DNA of 64,000 bases from Takakia lepidozioides (lineage: Eukaryota; Plantae; Bryophyta), in assembly GCA_030704615.1 (NCBI GenBank), contig CM060732.1, positions 53,072,001-53,136,000 of the forward strand, in the 5' to 3' direction. The position numbers and the translations under genes were made by a program. The notes below the pieces were generated by a model. It made no database searches and was not told where the DNA came from. It was given only the letters and a program-made list of their open reading frames with translations. How positions within the stretch are numbered: the first letter of the stretch is position 1; every line of letters starts with the position of its first letter. Below are positions 38,301 to 48,879 of this stretch, in pieces.

Positions 38301-39112
38301 TCACCCTAGAGGTCTCTTGAGAGCGGGGACCCAGTCACAATTCCTTACAGCAATGTGTAGAGTGCAGGGCAATGGTACCTCCGCACTAGTTTGATTGCCA
38401 TGCCCCACAGTGATGCCTAGACTGCCTGGTTATGGTGAACAATAGTGCTATACCATTACATACGCGCCAAGACTATGCCAGCAACATACGACTAAGGTAT
38501 CGCTATTCCTACTGTGAGGTGCAGTGGATGGAGCATTGGAGATGGTGGGGCTTGCGGCAACAGCCAGCTTCATCTCCTATGAGTTGCTGTGGGCACATAC
38601 AAGGTATACCTCCTCCTAATGCCTTGCTTTCTAGAACCGTGACAGTTATGAGGGCCTTGATCTGGATTGGTTGCTTTGTTATGACCAATGCCAATCAGTT
38701 AGTCTTGTATGATTCTGGATCGTGTGCAGATAGGACTGTTGCACCATCATATGGTGCGCAGAGCACAGCTGTGATAGTGTATATCATAATTCATCTTTTA
38801 GAGTATATCAAGTACACTGTAAGGTTGCACTGTGGGTCGGTTCACTCTGTCAGAGCACAATTGTACCTGCCACATCACTGGCCTCTATGCAGCCAAGTGC
38901 TGAGACCATGACAGCAGGCTTGAGGTTCTAGCACAACAGTACTAAGCATAGCATAGTGGGAACGCCTTGCCAGAAACAAGGTGGTGTGTGGCACTGATGT
39001 GTGCTTTTTGCATGGGTGCAGGGAACTGTTGTGGGATGATGTAAAGAAAGTTACTGATCATAAGAAGCTTGTCAGCTTTCTCAAGAATCGGAAGATTGTA
39101 CAAGACTGCTAA
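35302..39112 (+). CDS. Uncharacterised plastid-type membrane protein, 6 exons, ~586 aa, C-terminal CAAD/CURT1-like segment
   Basis: Phase-consistent exons 35302-35519, 35769-36163, 36480-37360, 38107-38203, 38525-38603, 39022-39112; Ser/Arg-rich transit-like N-terminus; TM1 GVALAAGAVLVLATVAALV; acidic linker; C-terminal ALPAVTIGAGAVGALAGVDGALEMVGLAATASFISYELLWAHTRELLWDDVKK. Confidence 0.75.
37913..38096. repeat. 96-bp-period tandem duplication at the 3' end of intron 3
   Basis: tacataagagcatgtgggattggttctttgtgaaagccaaa...cattcctaacatgtagaaatatctcatat twice, 2 substitutions, ending 10 nt before the acceptor at 38106. Confidence 0.9.
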
Positions 39113-40133
39113 ACCCCCCTCACATTTGATTCATGGAACCCTTGCAAACAAACAAAGCATTGCTGGGGGATCTTGGAGCTCTGTACAAGTATGGCTGTTC
39201 ACATCCACACTTGAATTGTGGGAACAGCTTCATCTATATGCAGTTTTATCCCAATCGATTGTGAATGAAGAACCAACTTGATGACACCTGAACTGAGTGT
39301 ATGCATGTACTTAGACCGGGCTTGGCAACCGAAAGGTCGCGAGGAGTGTAAATATGTGTATGTTTCAACTGAGTGGCAGTCAGAATGAGAGTCAAACACA
39401 TCTTCTGTTTGTAATGTGTCTGTACCATAAAAGCCTGTGCCATGCTTCATGTGCAGCCCTTAGGTGATTCCCAAAATCCTACTACTAAATCCTTTCTTGT
39501 ATTCTTTACATCAAGGTTTTGGAGGTATCCAGGCAAACTTTGCAATTGCACTTGCAGATGGTAGAATTTGATAGAAAAGAATTTACCCAATATGTTATAG
39601 ACTGACATGTTGAGACCTTGGAGATTAGAGGTTACTGTCCTTAGTGTGGTTCTTTTACTGTACAATTATCATTGATGAAGGGATTGGTATGTTTGAATTG
39701 TGCATCATTGTGCACCATATTTTATGAAGCATGATGCTGGGAAAAAGAATTTACAGAGAATTGTGCAGTGATGTGGCTTTTGTTCCTCTTCTGGATCTGA
39801 TGTACAGCCTCATCAGTGTTGCGGTGACCTGCAATGGGTTCTTGTCTGTTGAATTTTGTACGTTCTCCTGCTGCAGGTTCCACGACCACTGCTAAGTTTT
39901 CCTGCATTGTCGCCCACAAATACGACTGGTTGACAAAGATTGGAAGTCCAGAAAACTCATGGGTGGTCATGTGGAGCAGTTTCTGACATGTTTAAGATTG
40001 CCTCCATCTTAATAATAGGACACAATTAAAACAGGTTTGATTTTTGGCAAAAGTTCCTCCAAGGCTGTTGGGGGACCCTTGAGGTTTCCCACCGGTCCCT
40101 CTCTAAATCACAAGTATATATAAAAATGTGCAG

Positions 40134-40790
40134 ATGGCTGCTTCATTTCTCACTCTGGTGAAATCTCAAGTGCTCTCCCATATTATTGGTTATGCCCAAA
40201 ATATGGGTCAAGGGTGGATGTGGCGTGAATCAAATGAAAGGTCTTGAGAGCTTTTTAGGATTACAGCTGCAGCTATGTGGGAGACTTCCAGCACATGTCA
40301 AAGTTCACATCACCCCCTTTAGTTAAACCAAATGAACTGGGGGTATGGACATTTCAGGGTGGCTCAAACCTTGCAGAGAAGAGGGGTAGCTCAGGGATAG
40401 GTGTGAGCGATAGTTCAGAAGAGAGTGCAGATGACTCTTCTACAACCAGGCAGTTGCCACAGAAGGACCGCTTCAAATACAGGAGACCAACATTTTAGTT
40501 CCTTCAGGAGGGCACTGGTTAAAACCTCTGGAAATTATAAAGTCAGGAACATCTATGAAAGACAGGCTGTTGGAGGCGGCACTGCAGAAAGTAAATGAAG
40601 CAAAGGGGCTTGCCACTAATACGTCGTGGACGAATTACATCACAAGTGTAGATGCTTCACCTGGTACTCCACTTCTTCCCTTCCTAGGTGACAGCTTTCT
40701 GGGACTGGGAAGCCTTGTGCTTGTTGCCGTAGCTTTAGCTAGTTGGTGGAGAAAATTGCAGCGCGGGAAAAAGGTTTTGAATACTACGGG
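40134..40790 (+). pseudogene. Broken coding-like segment with one TM helix, unknown family
   Basis: ORF pieces in different frames ending FLGLGSLVLVAVALASWWRKLQRGKK; cut off by the repeat cluster at ~40796. Confidence 0.3.
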
Positions 40791-40880
40791 CTCAAACTAA
40801 AGATGTTCTTAATGCTCCGACCTGCTAAGACCAGGAAAAAGACCAAGAAAACATTTCGGGCAGTCCGGGCAGGTTCCAAC

Positions 40881-41436
40881 CAGTGTTGTTCCGGTATATA
40901 GGGTATTGCCTGGTATGTGCACAGGTATATGCACTGGTATTAGATACCAGACCAAGTTCATGGTGACAGTTTGTGGAAATATTACAGTGATGTTCGCACG
41001 GCGGTGTGTAAGGCCGTGGATGTGGTATAATTTGGGAGAATACTTGGTCCTATACCAAGACCAGGCTGGTATCAGTTTTTTCACACCAGCCACAATACCA
41101 GTACTCCCCCCGGCATCTTCCTCATTTACTCTGGTATGTGTACTATACTAATTTATGTGTACATATGCCTACATATTTGTACTTATGTATATTTAGTTTT
41201 TATTGTATTGTATTTGTTTTCACTTGATACATGCTATTTGATAAACTTGTTATTCAATGATGGTTGTGGAAGGATACCATAATTGATATCTCATACCAGC
41301 TGGTATTGTGGTCACGATACTCATACTCATACTAGTATCTGGAAAAAGATACATCTATTATTATATAAAGTTTTGCGATACGTCTGGTACCGGGACCAGT
41401 CTGGTATGTCCTAAAACTGATACTAGTACAACACTG
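40881..41436. mobile_element. hAT-type MITE
   Basis: TIR cagtgttgt...acaacactg; perfect 8-bp TSD gttccaac (40873-40880, 41437-41444); GGTAT/ATACC subterminal repeats. Confidence 0.9.
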
Positions 41437-41457
41437 GTTCCAACGGCCTGTTTAGAC

Positions 41458-41788
41458 TTTTTTCATGAGCGGCGGTTCCGGCTACTTCAAATTTTAGAAA
41501 ATTATTAACCTGCGGTTGCGGTTATTAAATTTTTTATGGCTGGATATAACCTGCAGTTACGGTTACTTGCAAAAACCTCAAATAACCGGCGGTTCTCATG
41601 AGATAACCACGGGTATTGGGCGGTTCTTTAAGAGGTTCTTTGCTTGGTTATTTGAATGCTTGACCTCCGCCGGTTCCTAACTGGACCGGTTACTTCATTT
41701 TTTCACCTCCGCCAGTCATATATATATATATAACCGGATAGGTAACCGCCGGGTATTAGAGAAAATTTTAAATAACCGCCCAACAATG
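41458..41788. mobile_element. Second hAT-type MITE (left TIR decayed)
   Basis: 8-bp direct repeat gtttagac (41450-41457, 41789-41796); right end cccaacaatg; CGGTT/AACCG subterminal repeats. Confidence 0.7.
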
Positions 41789-41796
41789 GTTTAGAC

Positions 41797-41932
41797 CAAT
41801 AAAACATTCTGGGCAGCCTGGGCAAGTACCCAAAAAAATGACAACGACGAAACGTGGCAACGATGATGTGGCACTATGGCACCCTATTCCTGCTCTACGC
41901 TAAACTAGCTTCCGACCTTCGGTCATCGCAAG
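41797..41932 (+). mobile_element. Dispersed element end, copy 2: core + gaccttcggtc hairpin (host of the two hAT MITEs)
   Basis: Matches 6775-6855; unit gaccaa.aaaacatt..gggcag.c.gggca recurs at ~40841 on the other side of the MITEs. Confidence 0.65.
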
Positions 41933-42639
41933 AATGTACTAGGGCGATATTTCGGATATTTTTACACTTACTACCGTCGGAGCAGGTCTTGTATATCAAC
42001 CTTCATGGCTATTTTTTCCTTGATTAATAAAATTAAAGCAAGGGCCTCTGTTCCCTTTTCTTTAAAAATTATTTTATTTTATTTTATTTTAAATAATTTT
42101 ATTTTTAAATTAAAAAATAAAATAAAATAAAAAACACACTACCGTCTATATTTCCTCAAATATCAATTTTTTATCATTAATAACGATGAAGGTACCTAAG
42201 GTCTTCATGAATTTATATAAAATAAATTGTTTTTTTGTTCCCCTTTTTGGAAAAGAAATGGCTTTGAGGATGGATGCATATGAAAGTTTATAATATGAAT
42301 GTGTCAAGCTATGATGGCAGACATTTTTTTATTTATTTTTAAATGAAAGAGAACATAGACCTTTTTAATCAACTTAATAAACGAAGAAAAAATAACCTCG
42401 AGACCATTAGGAACAGGGCAAGGCCACTGCAGGGCCGCATATGTCCATAGGTTCAATCAACAGAGAATAACCAAGAGCTAACCAACATCCAAGCTACCTG
42501 TAAGGAGCTAACAGCAGCCTAGCTAGCAAGAAACCAGCAGCCAGGAGATTTGCAAAATAAAAAGCTAAGCAACAGTGGAGAAACCAACAGCCTATTCTAA
42601 CAACAAGTGAAAAGTATGACGCCTCCCGAAAGGAGTGTA

Positions 42640-42790
42640 ACTTATGGTGTCACTTGACCCTGAAGGGCTACTGCCTTCCAACAGGAAGATGGACACCTTC
42701 ATGACACACCAGAGGGTGGTTTGAACCCACAACCACATCCAACGTGGTATGTGCCCATTACCATTAGGCTACATGTTGGTTGTCCTAATG
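42640..42790 (-). mobile_element. tRNA-derived SINE-like relic
   Basis: Minus strand has A-box tagcctaatgg (42771-42761) and B-box ggttcaaacc (42727-42718) at tRNA-like spacing, without a convincing cloverleaf. Confidence 0.55.
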
Positions 42791-42799
42791 ACAAGTGAA

Positions 42800-44100
42800 T
42801 CAACGCAACTCCTTGAGAGAACCAAAATCTAAATGAGCCTGAGATTTTGAACTTCGAAGCTTGTGATACCGCCAATTGATGTCTTCATCTCGCTCAGCGG
42901 GAGAGGGCCAGTGATTAGGAGAAGCACCAAGCCCGGAGAACACATGAGGACCAGACTGTGCCCTCATTGGAGAAGCCAGAGCAGAAAATTCCACGCCAAC
43001 CCCACGAGGAGTCAAATTCCTTGATGAGCTTGGAGCCAACAGCTTGAGAACATCTGAGTAAAGCTGCATGCAACACCTCCCATGCCTTGTGTCCTTCTGT
43101 TAGTAAATTAAAGAAAATACATTGTAGAGAAGCCTGAACGGAACAAAGCTGTCATTGATGAAGGTTAAGCAAGTGAATAGTGGGACTAGAAGCATCGACT
43201 GGTTTCCAAGCTTGGTACAGGGCTCTAACCCGCGACCAGATGCAAACAGCAAATATGCAGCTGAAAAAACAATGCTCCAAAGATTCAGTAATCCCCTCAT
43301 TACAAACACAACATGCAACTTGAGGATCAAAGGAGGAACCCACAGGGAGAATCCTGTTGCCAATTTTCCATAGAAAGGTCGAGATCTTTGCTGCCTTCTG
43401 AGGAGTTCAGACATGCTTCCAAAGAGCCTCCCAGTTAACAAAAAAAAGACATTAAGTGTAACCACTTATCAGCCCACTTGGCACTGGGAACAGAAAGCCC
43501 CAAAGTAAGAGAATACCCCAACTTTGCATAATACTTAAAGAAGAGAACTCGAACCGGCCAGTTCCACTCCCCCAGATCAAAGGAAAGATCCACTAGAGGG
43601 CAAGATTTATACAAAAAAAAAGAAAAAACAATGAACCATAAACTAGCTAGGAGAATCTGATTTGCTACGAGGACTCTACCAGTAATTGAAAGTCTCGCAG
43701 AACACCAATATGTCAACCTCTGTTTGTAGCGGCTAAGCACAAGGGAGAACCTACTGCAATCTGAAAGACCAATCCCAATTTGGTGCCCTAGGAGAGTATG
43801 AGATTGCCCTTCTTCAAGCCAGGAAAGTCCATAATCATGGCCCCAGCGGGGAATATGGGGGGCAGCAAATGACGAGGTGTCAGCCATTATCCCACAAGAC
43901 TTCCCTCAATTAACTGAGAATCCAGAAGTAGAACAGAATTCATTGAGTGAGGACAGGCCCTCTTGCACATTTTCCATGGAGGAATTGTCCAAAAACATCA
44001 CTGAATCATTTGCATACATAAAGATCTTGACCTCTAAATAACCCCCTTTAGGATGGTTAATCTTCATACCTCTAAAGCAAGGATTAGCATCAAGCAAGTA
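42800..44100 (-). mobile_element. L1-like LINE ORF2 relic (RT + zf-RVT)
   Basis: KIFMYANDSVMFL (decayed YADD), FCSTSGFSVN, WCSARLSITGRVLVANQILLASLWF, CCVCNEGITESLEHCFFSC; frameshifted. Confidence 0.85.
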
Positions 44101-44101
44101 T

Positions 44102-45447
44102 TGTCACAGACATAGCCCAGAGGAACTTATCAGGAGTAAATACCAGAAGTTATCAAATTATCATGTTATCAAAAATTACCATGATTTACCGTAAGTTACC
44201 ATTAGTTTTCGAGTTATCGGGAGTTTACCAAAATACCGAGAGTAACTTGGAAACTGCTTAGGAAGCTTTCTTTGGAGGAAACCCTTTACCGCCCAATTAC
44301 AAGCTGATCAGTCTTAAGATCTTAGCAACGCCCTCCACAATTTGCAACAACAAATTTCAGAGTTAAAGGAGTCGAACAATGGATCTTCAACCATACGAGT
44401 CCCTACTACAACAGCTCGTACTGCAATAGTTCCTCTTCAATAGATTATGAGAAAACCAAAGATCAACATGCCCGAGAAATTTGATGGGACGAGATCAAGA
44501 TTTCACGGTTTTGGTCAAAAAGTACGACTACATCCACAACGCTACCCCGATGAAGGTGTTGAAGTGGGATTCGTGGGCACCCTTCTATTAGGCACCGCCT
44601 TATCTTGGTTTGCACCGCTATTAGAAAAAAATTCACATTTACTATACAATTTTGAAGCGTTCACGTTCGAGTTCACTACAATGTTTGGAGAGAATGATAG
44701 ATGGAGAGTTGTAGAGACAAAAATGCAAAATCTTCGACAATGAGCACATACTGCTTCCGTTTATGCCGCCGAATTTTGACAACTTGTGTACGACCTCGAC
44801 TGGAATGAGAAGAACCTCATTAGTCAGTTTCGATGTGGGCTAAAAGATGATATAAAAGATTTGTTGCTGACAATGTCTAACGTGAGTACATTGAGCAAGT
44901 TCATCACCCAAGTCATTGCATGTGATAATCGTTTGTTCGAAAGACGTCAAGAGAAGCGATCTGGATAATCACAAGAAAAACAAAAACGACGCTCGAATGG
45001 ATTATGCCTCTATTATGGAGAAGAAGATCACATAACATTAAACTGCCCCCAACAAGAGAAGATTCAAAGTTCGGGGCGCAACTCAAGTGTTCGATACAAG
45101 GAAGTCAGAAAACGAAGATGTCCACTCACAGTAGAGACCATGCGGCTGGACACCACAAATTCCTCAACAAAAAAAATCTCTTTCTACCTCCAGACCCTGC
45201 ACATTGCTTCACAGTTCCGGTAAAGATCAGAATGCAAAATCGAGATATCTCTGTAGAAGCACTTTTGGACTCAGGGGCTTTAGCATGTTTTATTGACAAT
45301 TTTTTTGCGAAACAACACAATTTAACACTCGTAAAGAAGAAACTCTCGGGCCCCGTTGAAATCATCGATTATCAACCGTTAACATCAGGAAATGTTGACC
45401 ATGAAATTCGACCACTTGAAGTGAAGCTTAAGATCAAGCATCGCTGA
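44102..45447 (+). mobile_element. Ty3/Gypsy LTR-retrotransposon relic (LTR start, gag, protease)
   Basis: Begins TGTCACA exactly where the LINE stops; gag KPKINMPEKFDGTRS...GTALSWFAPL, LDWNEKNLISQFRCGL; protease ALLDSGALACFID; stops and frameshifts. Confidence 0.85.
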
Positions 45448-45589
45448 CTTTTTGTCTAGTCTTGTACCTCTAGTCTGTTCTTTTGTTTGTGTTCAGTCAT
45501 CTTTTCATTTTTGACAGTTGCAACCAATATATGATATATCATTTCGAACATCTTTGGTCCAAATGAGCATTATCAATGTTCTTTCTCAA

Positions 45590-46019
45590 ACATAGACCAT
45601 AGTCTAGTGTGCCTTTGAGATAACGAAAAATCCGTTTTACTGCAACCTAATGGAATTGCCCAAGTTAGTCACAAAATTGGCTTACAATCCTTAGTGATTG
45701 TGCAATATCTGGCCGTTTTACGACCATTGTGTATATTGAGGTATTCCACAATATTATGATAAACAATAGCTCTCTTTGTCTCTAAGTCTGCAACACTCTT
45801 AGGACTCATCTCCTTCAAGAGTTTACAATCTGAAACAAACAGAGTTTCTATTAACATACCATATCGGGTCAAAATATCAAATACCTACGTTGGTTTAGAT
45901 AAATTGCTCGATTTTGTTGAACACAAGATATCCACATTCTCAAGTAGTATTGGATCTCTCTCAGATCTACCATCTCAAATTTAAAAATCACTCTCTGTTT
46001 TTTTAACACAGCTTAATCA
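45590..46019 (-). mobile_element. Ty1/Copia reverse transcriptase relic
   Basis: FEMVDLREIQYYL and H*VAVKRIFRYLKGTLDYGL motifs; interrupted at TTAA 46020 by the next element. Confidence 0.8.
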
Positions 46020-46850
46020 TTAACCCTTAAGTTCCCAAGCGACCTGAATCGGGTCACTTTGAATTTGCAGGTCGACCTAATTTTTGCAGATCTAATCTGA
46101 TGGGGCCCACTCCTGAAGCTTTAATGACAAGGGATTTTTCTCGAGTATGATGCAAAAATAAAACTAAAAAAAAACAAAAGCTGCGACCTACAAAAAATAT
46201 CTCAGATCTCTCATTTACGTTTTGGGGCCTGAAAAGGGTTTGTTGACCGCTGACGTGGCAAGTAAACAAGCCCAAAACAGATTGCACTCCAAAGGCCATT
46301 TTTGAGAGAAAATTAGCAATTTTGGAAAAAACACTTCACCTTGTGGTGTGTGAGCATTACATACACACATCCACCATTGGCTTTTAAAAAAATTGTAGAA
46401 AAAAAAAGTACTTCATTTGGAGGCACATTTTCTCTTGTCAATTTTGAGATTTCAACCCCCACATAATTGCATGAATAGCAAGCATAGGTGAAAAAATCAG
46501 TTGGATCTGCAATTTAGTGGGGTCATAGCCACTCCACTATTGACTTGGAAATGGTGGGTCTTGGGGCAAGCAAAATTGGATAAAGCTAGGTTTTGATTTG
46601 GTCAAACCAATTTCTTTCTCACTTTTTCCTTGGGACCTGATATTTGAGGTCTGGGCCAACGCTATAGTCTCACAATTTCCACGGTGGACTTGGCTCATTT
46701 TTTGGTATGTCATGCATAAATGAGCTGGGCCATTGCTATAAGGCTGGAATCTCTGGATGATTTTCGGTAGGTTTCTAGGGGCAATGTACTGCAGCTGGGT
46801 ACCCAAAATTGGTAAAAAGTCAAAAAAGGGCTTGGGAACTTAAGGGTTAA
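46020..46850. mobile_element. Non-autonomous piggyBac-like element
   Basis: TTAA|cccttaagttcccaagc ... gcttgggaacttaaggg|TTAA: perfect 17-bp TIR starting CCCT with TTAA on both sides; no coding capacity. Confidence 0.8.
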
Positions 46851-47269
46851 CATATCATGTTAATATGATCATAATAGGGTTTTCCATAAGCCCTTATATA
46901 ATAAATATATGTCTAATTGTACATTGGCTGAAAATAAAACTACAAATATGACAAGGTATTTCTAATGAATAGCTTCATTCTCTTGTGTTTCTTGACTCTC
47001 GCGTTTACGCTCATTTTTGCCATGTGTATTCTACAATCTTTTATAACATTATTGTATCTCAATGATGACACTTCATCTTTGACTTCAGCTTAAACTTTCA
47101 GCCAAACTTTACAGTTTGATATGAAGGGAATTTCTTCTTTTGGAATCTTCCAGGTTTAATATTTGTGAACAAAGCCCTGTCTACCAATGTAGACGCCATT
47201 TGACCTCTTCTTCGTTTCTCCTCCTTGAAGAGAAGACCTATGACCACGTAGATACATTTCTTGGGCTCA

Positions 47270-47490
47270 ACCCCTTGGCACGCCCTATCCTCAAGGCCCT
47301 CATGAGCTACTCCGAGAGATAGGACTGGATGTCGCCTTTTAAACCATCTGAGCCATCTCCACCCTAGAATCCCATTTTGAATGGAGTGACTCTTTCTTGT
47401 GTAATCTCCACCACCTTAAGCTTTAACTGTGTCAATGTCAGTGGATGCCCAATATTATGCATTTTCTTGATTTAGCTTATTAGACCATCC
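47270..47490 (-). mobile_element. pogo/Tigger (CENP-B HTH) transposase relic
   Basis: KKMHNIGHPLTLTQLKLKVVEITQERVTPF then frameshifted WLRWFKRRHP...RAKGL. Confidence 0.7.
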
Positions 47491-48879
47491 CCACCGAAGG
47501 CACGGTACATGGATACATCAAGTGCCTTTTATTGAGGCATGTGCAGATCACGTAAGAAGATGGAGGGGGGCAGCAGGCGGAATGCTCCCCACCACTGGCA
47601 CTGCAAACCTCTCGCTTGCCAGCGTCTCACGTGTGGGATGCTCGCTTGACTCGTCTGATGTTGACTTGTGTGAGACGTAACGGGCCCGGAAGGACACGGC
47701 AAGGTTCGGGGTCCGGTGACAATTTGGAGTGCACGGAACCTTACTGCGCGTTGTAGCGTGCAGCGGTGGGGCATGGTTTTTGTGGTTTTTCTCTCTGACA
47801 CGGAATTTTGCCGCTTCTGTGGCTGAGAGCGGGCCCCGATGGGGATGCTCTTAGTCATCTTCCTCTGATATCTCTAATACACCTGATTTCCCTCTACGTC
47901 GTGTGGTTGTGAGTTCGTAGAGGTGATTTCGGAGTGATGTCATAAGGATGTCAAAGTTTATGCTTGTAGTTTCTTCAATTTTCTTTTATGTCTGATGCGC
48001 CGTCAAGTGCAGGAGGAGTTGTTGTGTCATCTATTCCACCGTTGTCTGTTGACTTTGCGGTCAAATTCTCCAGATGCTCATCCTGCCTCAACAATGGTTG
48101 TCTGCGAGTTGTGTGATTTGTGCATGGTTGGCTGTCAAGTTGCCGCAGGGATGACCGCTCTTGACTTGCTCGCGGCTGTTGTGATCGTACCTCACTAGTG
48201 CGGGTCCATCCTGCTTGCACACGGCCCCACCTGACCGCATTGTAGCTCTTGTAGTATAAGATTGTCAGATGGATATCCTTGGCCCCATTGAAAATCAGCG
48301 AGATTCGTGTCCGACTCCTCGCAACTTGTGTTTAATTGATCTATCTGTTTCACTATGAGATTCACTCTCTAGCTACTCCCCCTCTTCTTCTGAATCTTGC
48401 ACCCTCTGTGGTGGGGGGGAGCTGAGAGGAGCAACATTTTCTGCTCTCAGCCCCCACTTTTTTTCTTTTTTTTTTGGGATCTGGAATGTAGAGATTGTTT
48501 TCTCGCAAGGCTAACTTTTGGGTTTGCATGACAGGTGCCAGGCTTATGGGGAAAGAGAAGAAGTCCCCTGCCCCAAAGAAGGGGGCGGAGAACTCGTTTG
48601 CAATGCCGGCACATGTGACGCGGGCTGGCGTCTCATGGTTTATCAGCCCCGTCGGCAGCCGCAGCCAGAGGGCTCATCTGCCCCCTCAGGCCAGTACCCC
48701 CGACAACAACAACATGACATTGAAGAGGAAAAATGATTTTGTGGAACATTTTCAAGCTCGGCGGAAAATAAAACTAACTGGGAGAGAACGTATGTCTGCC
48801 CTTCCCCCTGTTAGCCACATTTACTCGGCTCTGAGGCGGGTGTCTCATCGTCCAGAACTGAGAAAATGATCAATCTAAC

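Noticed and set aside
42700-42780. Functional tRNA gene
   Set aside because: A and B boxes present but acceptor and anticodon stems do not pair convincingly; treated as SINE relic
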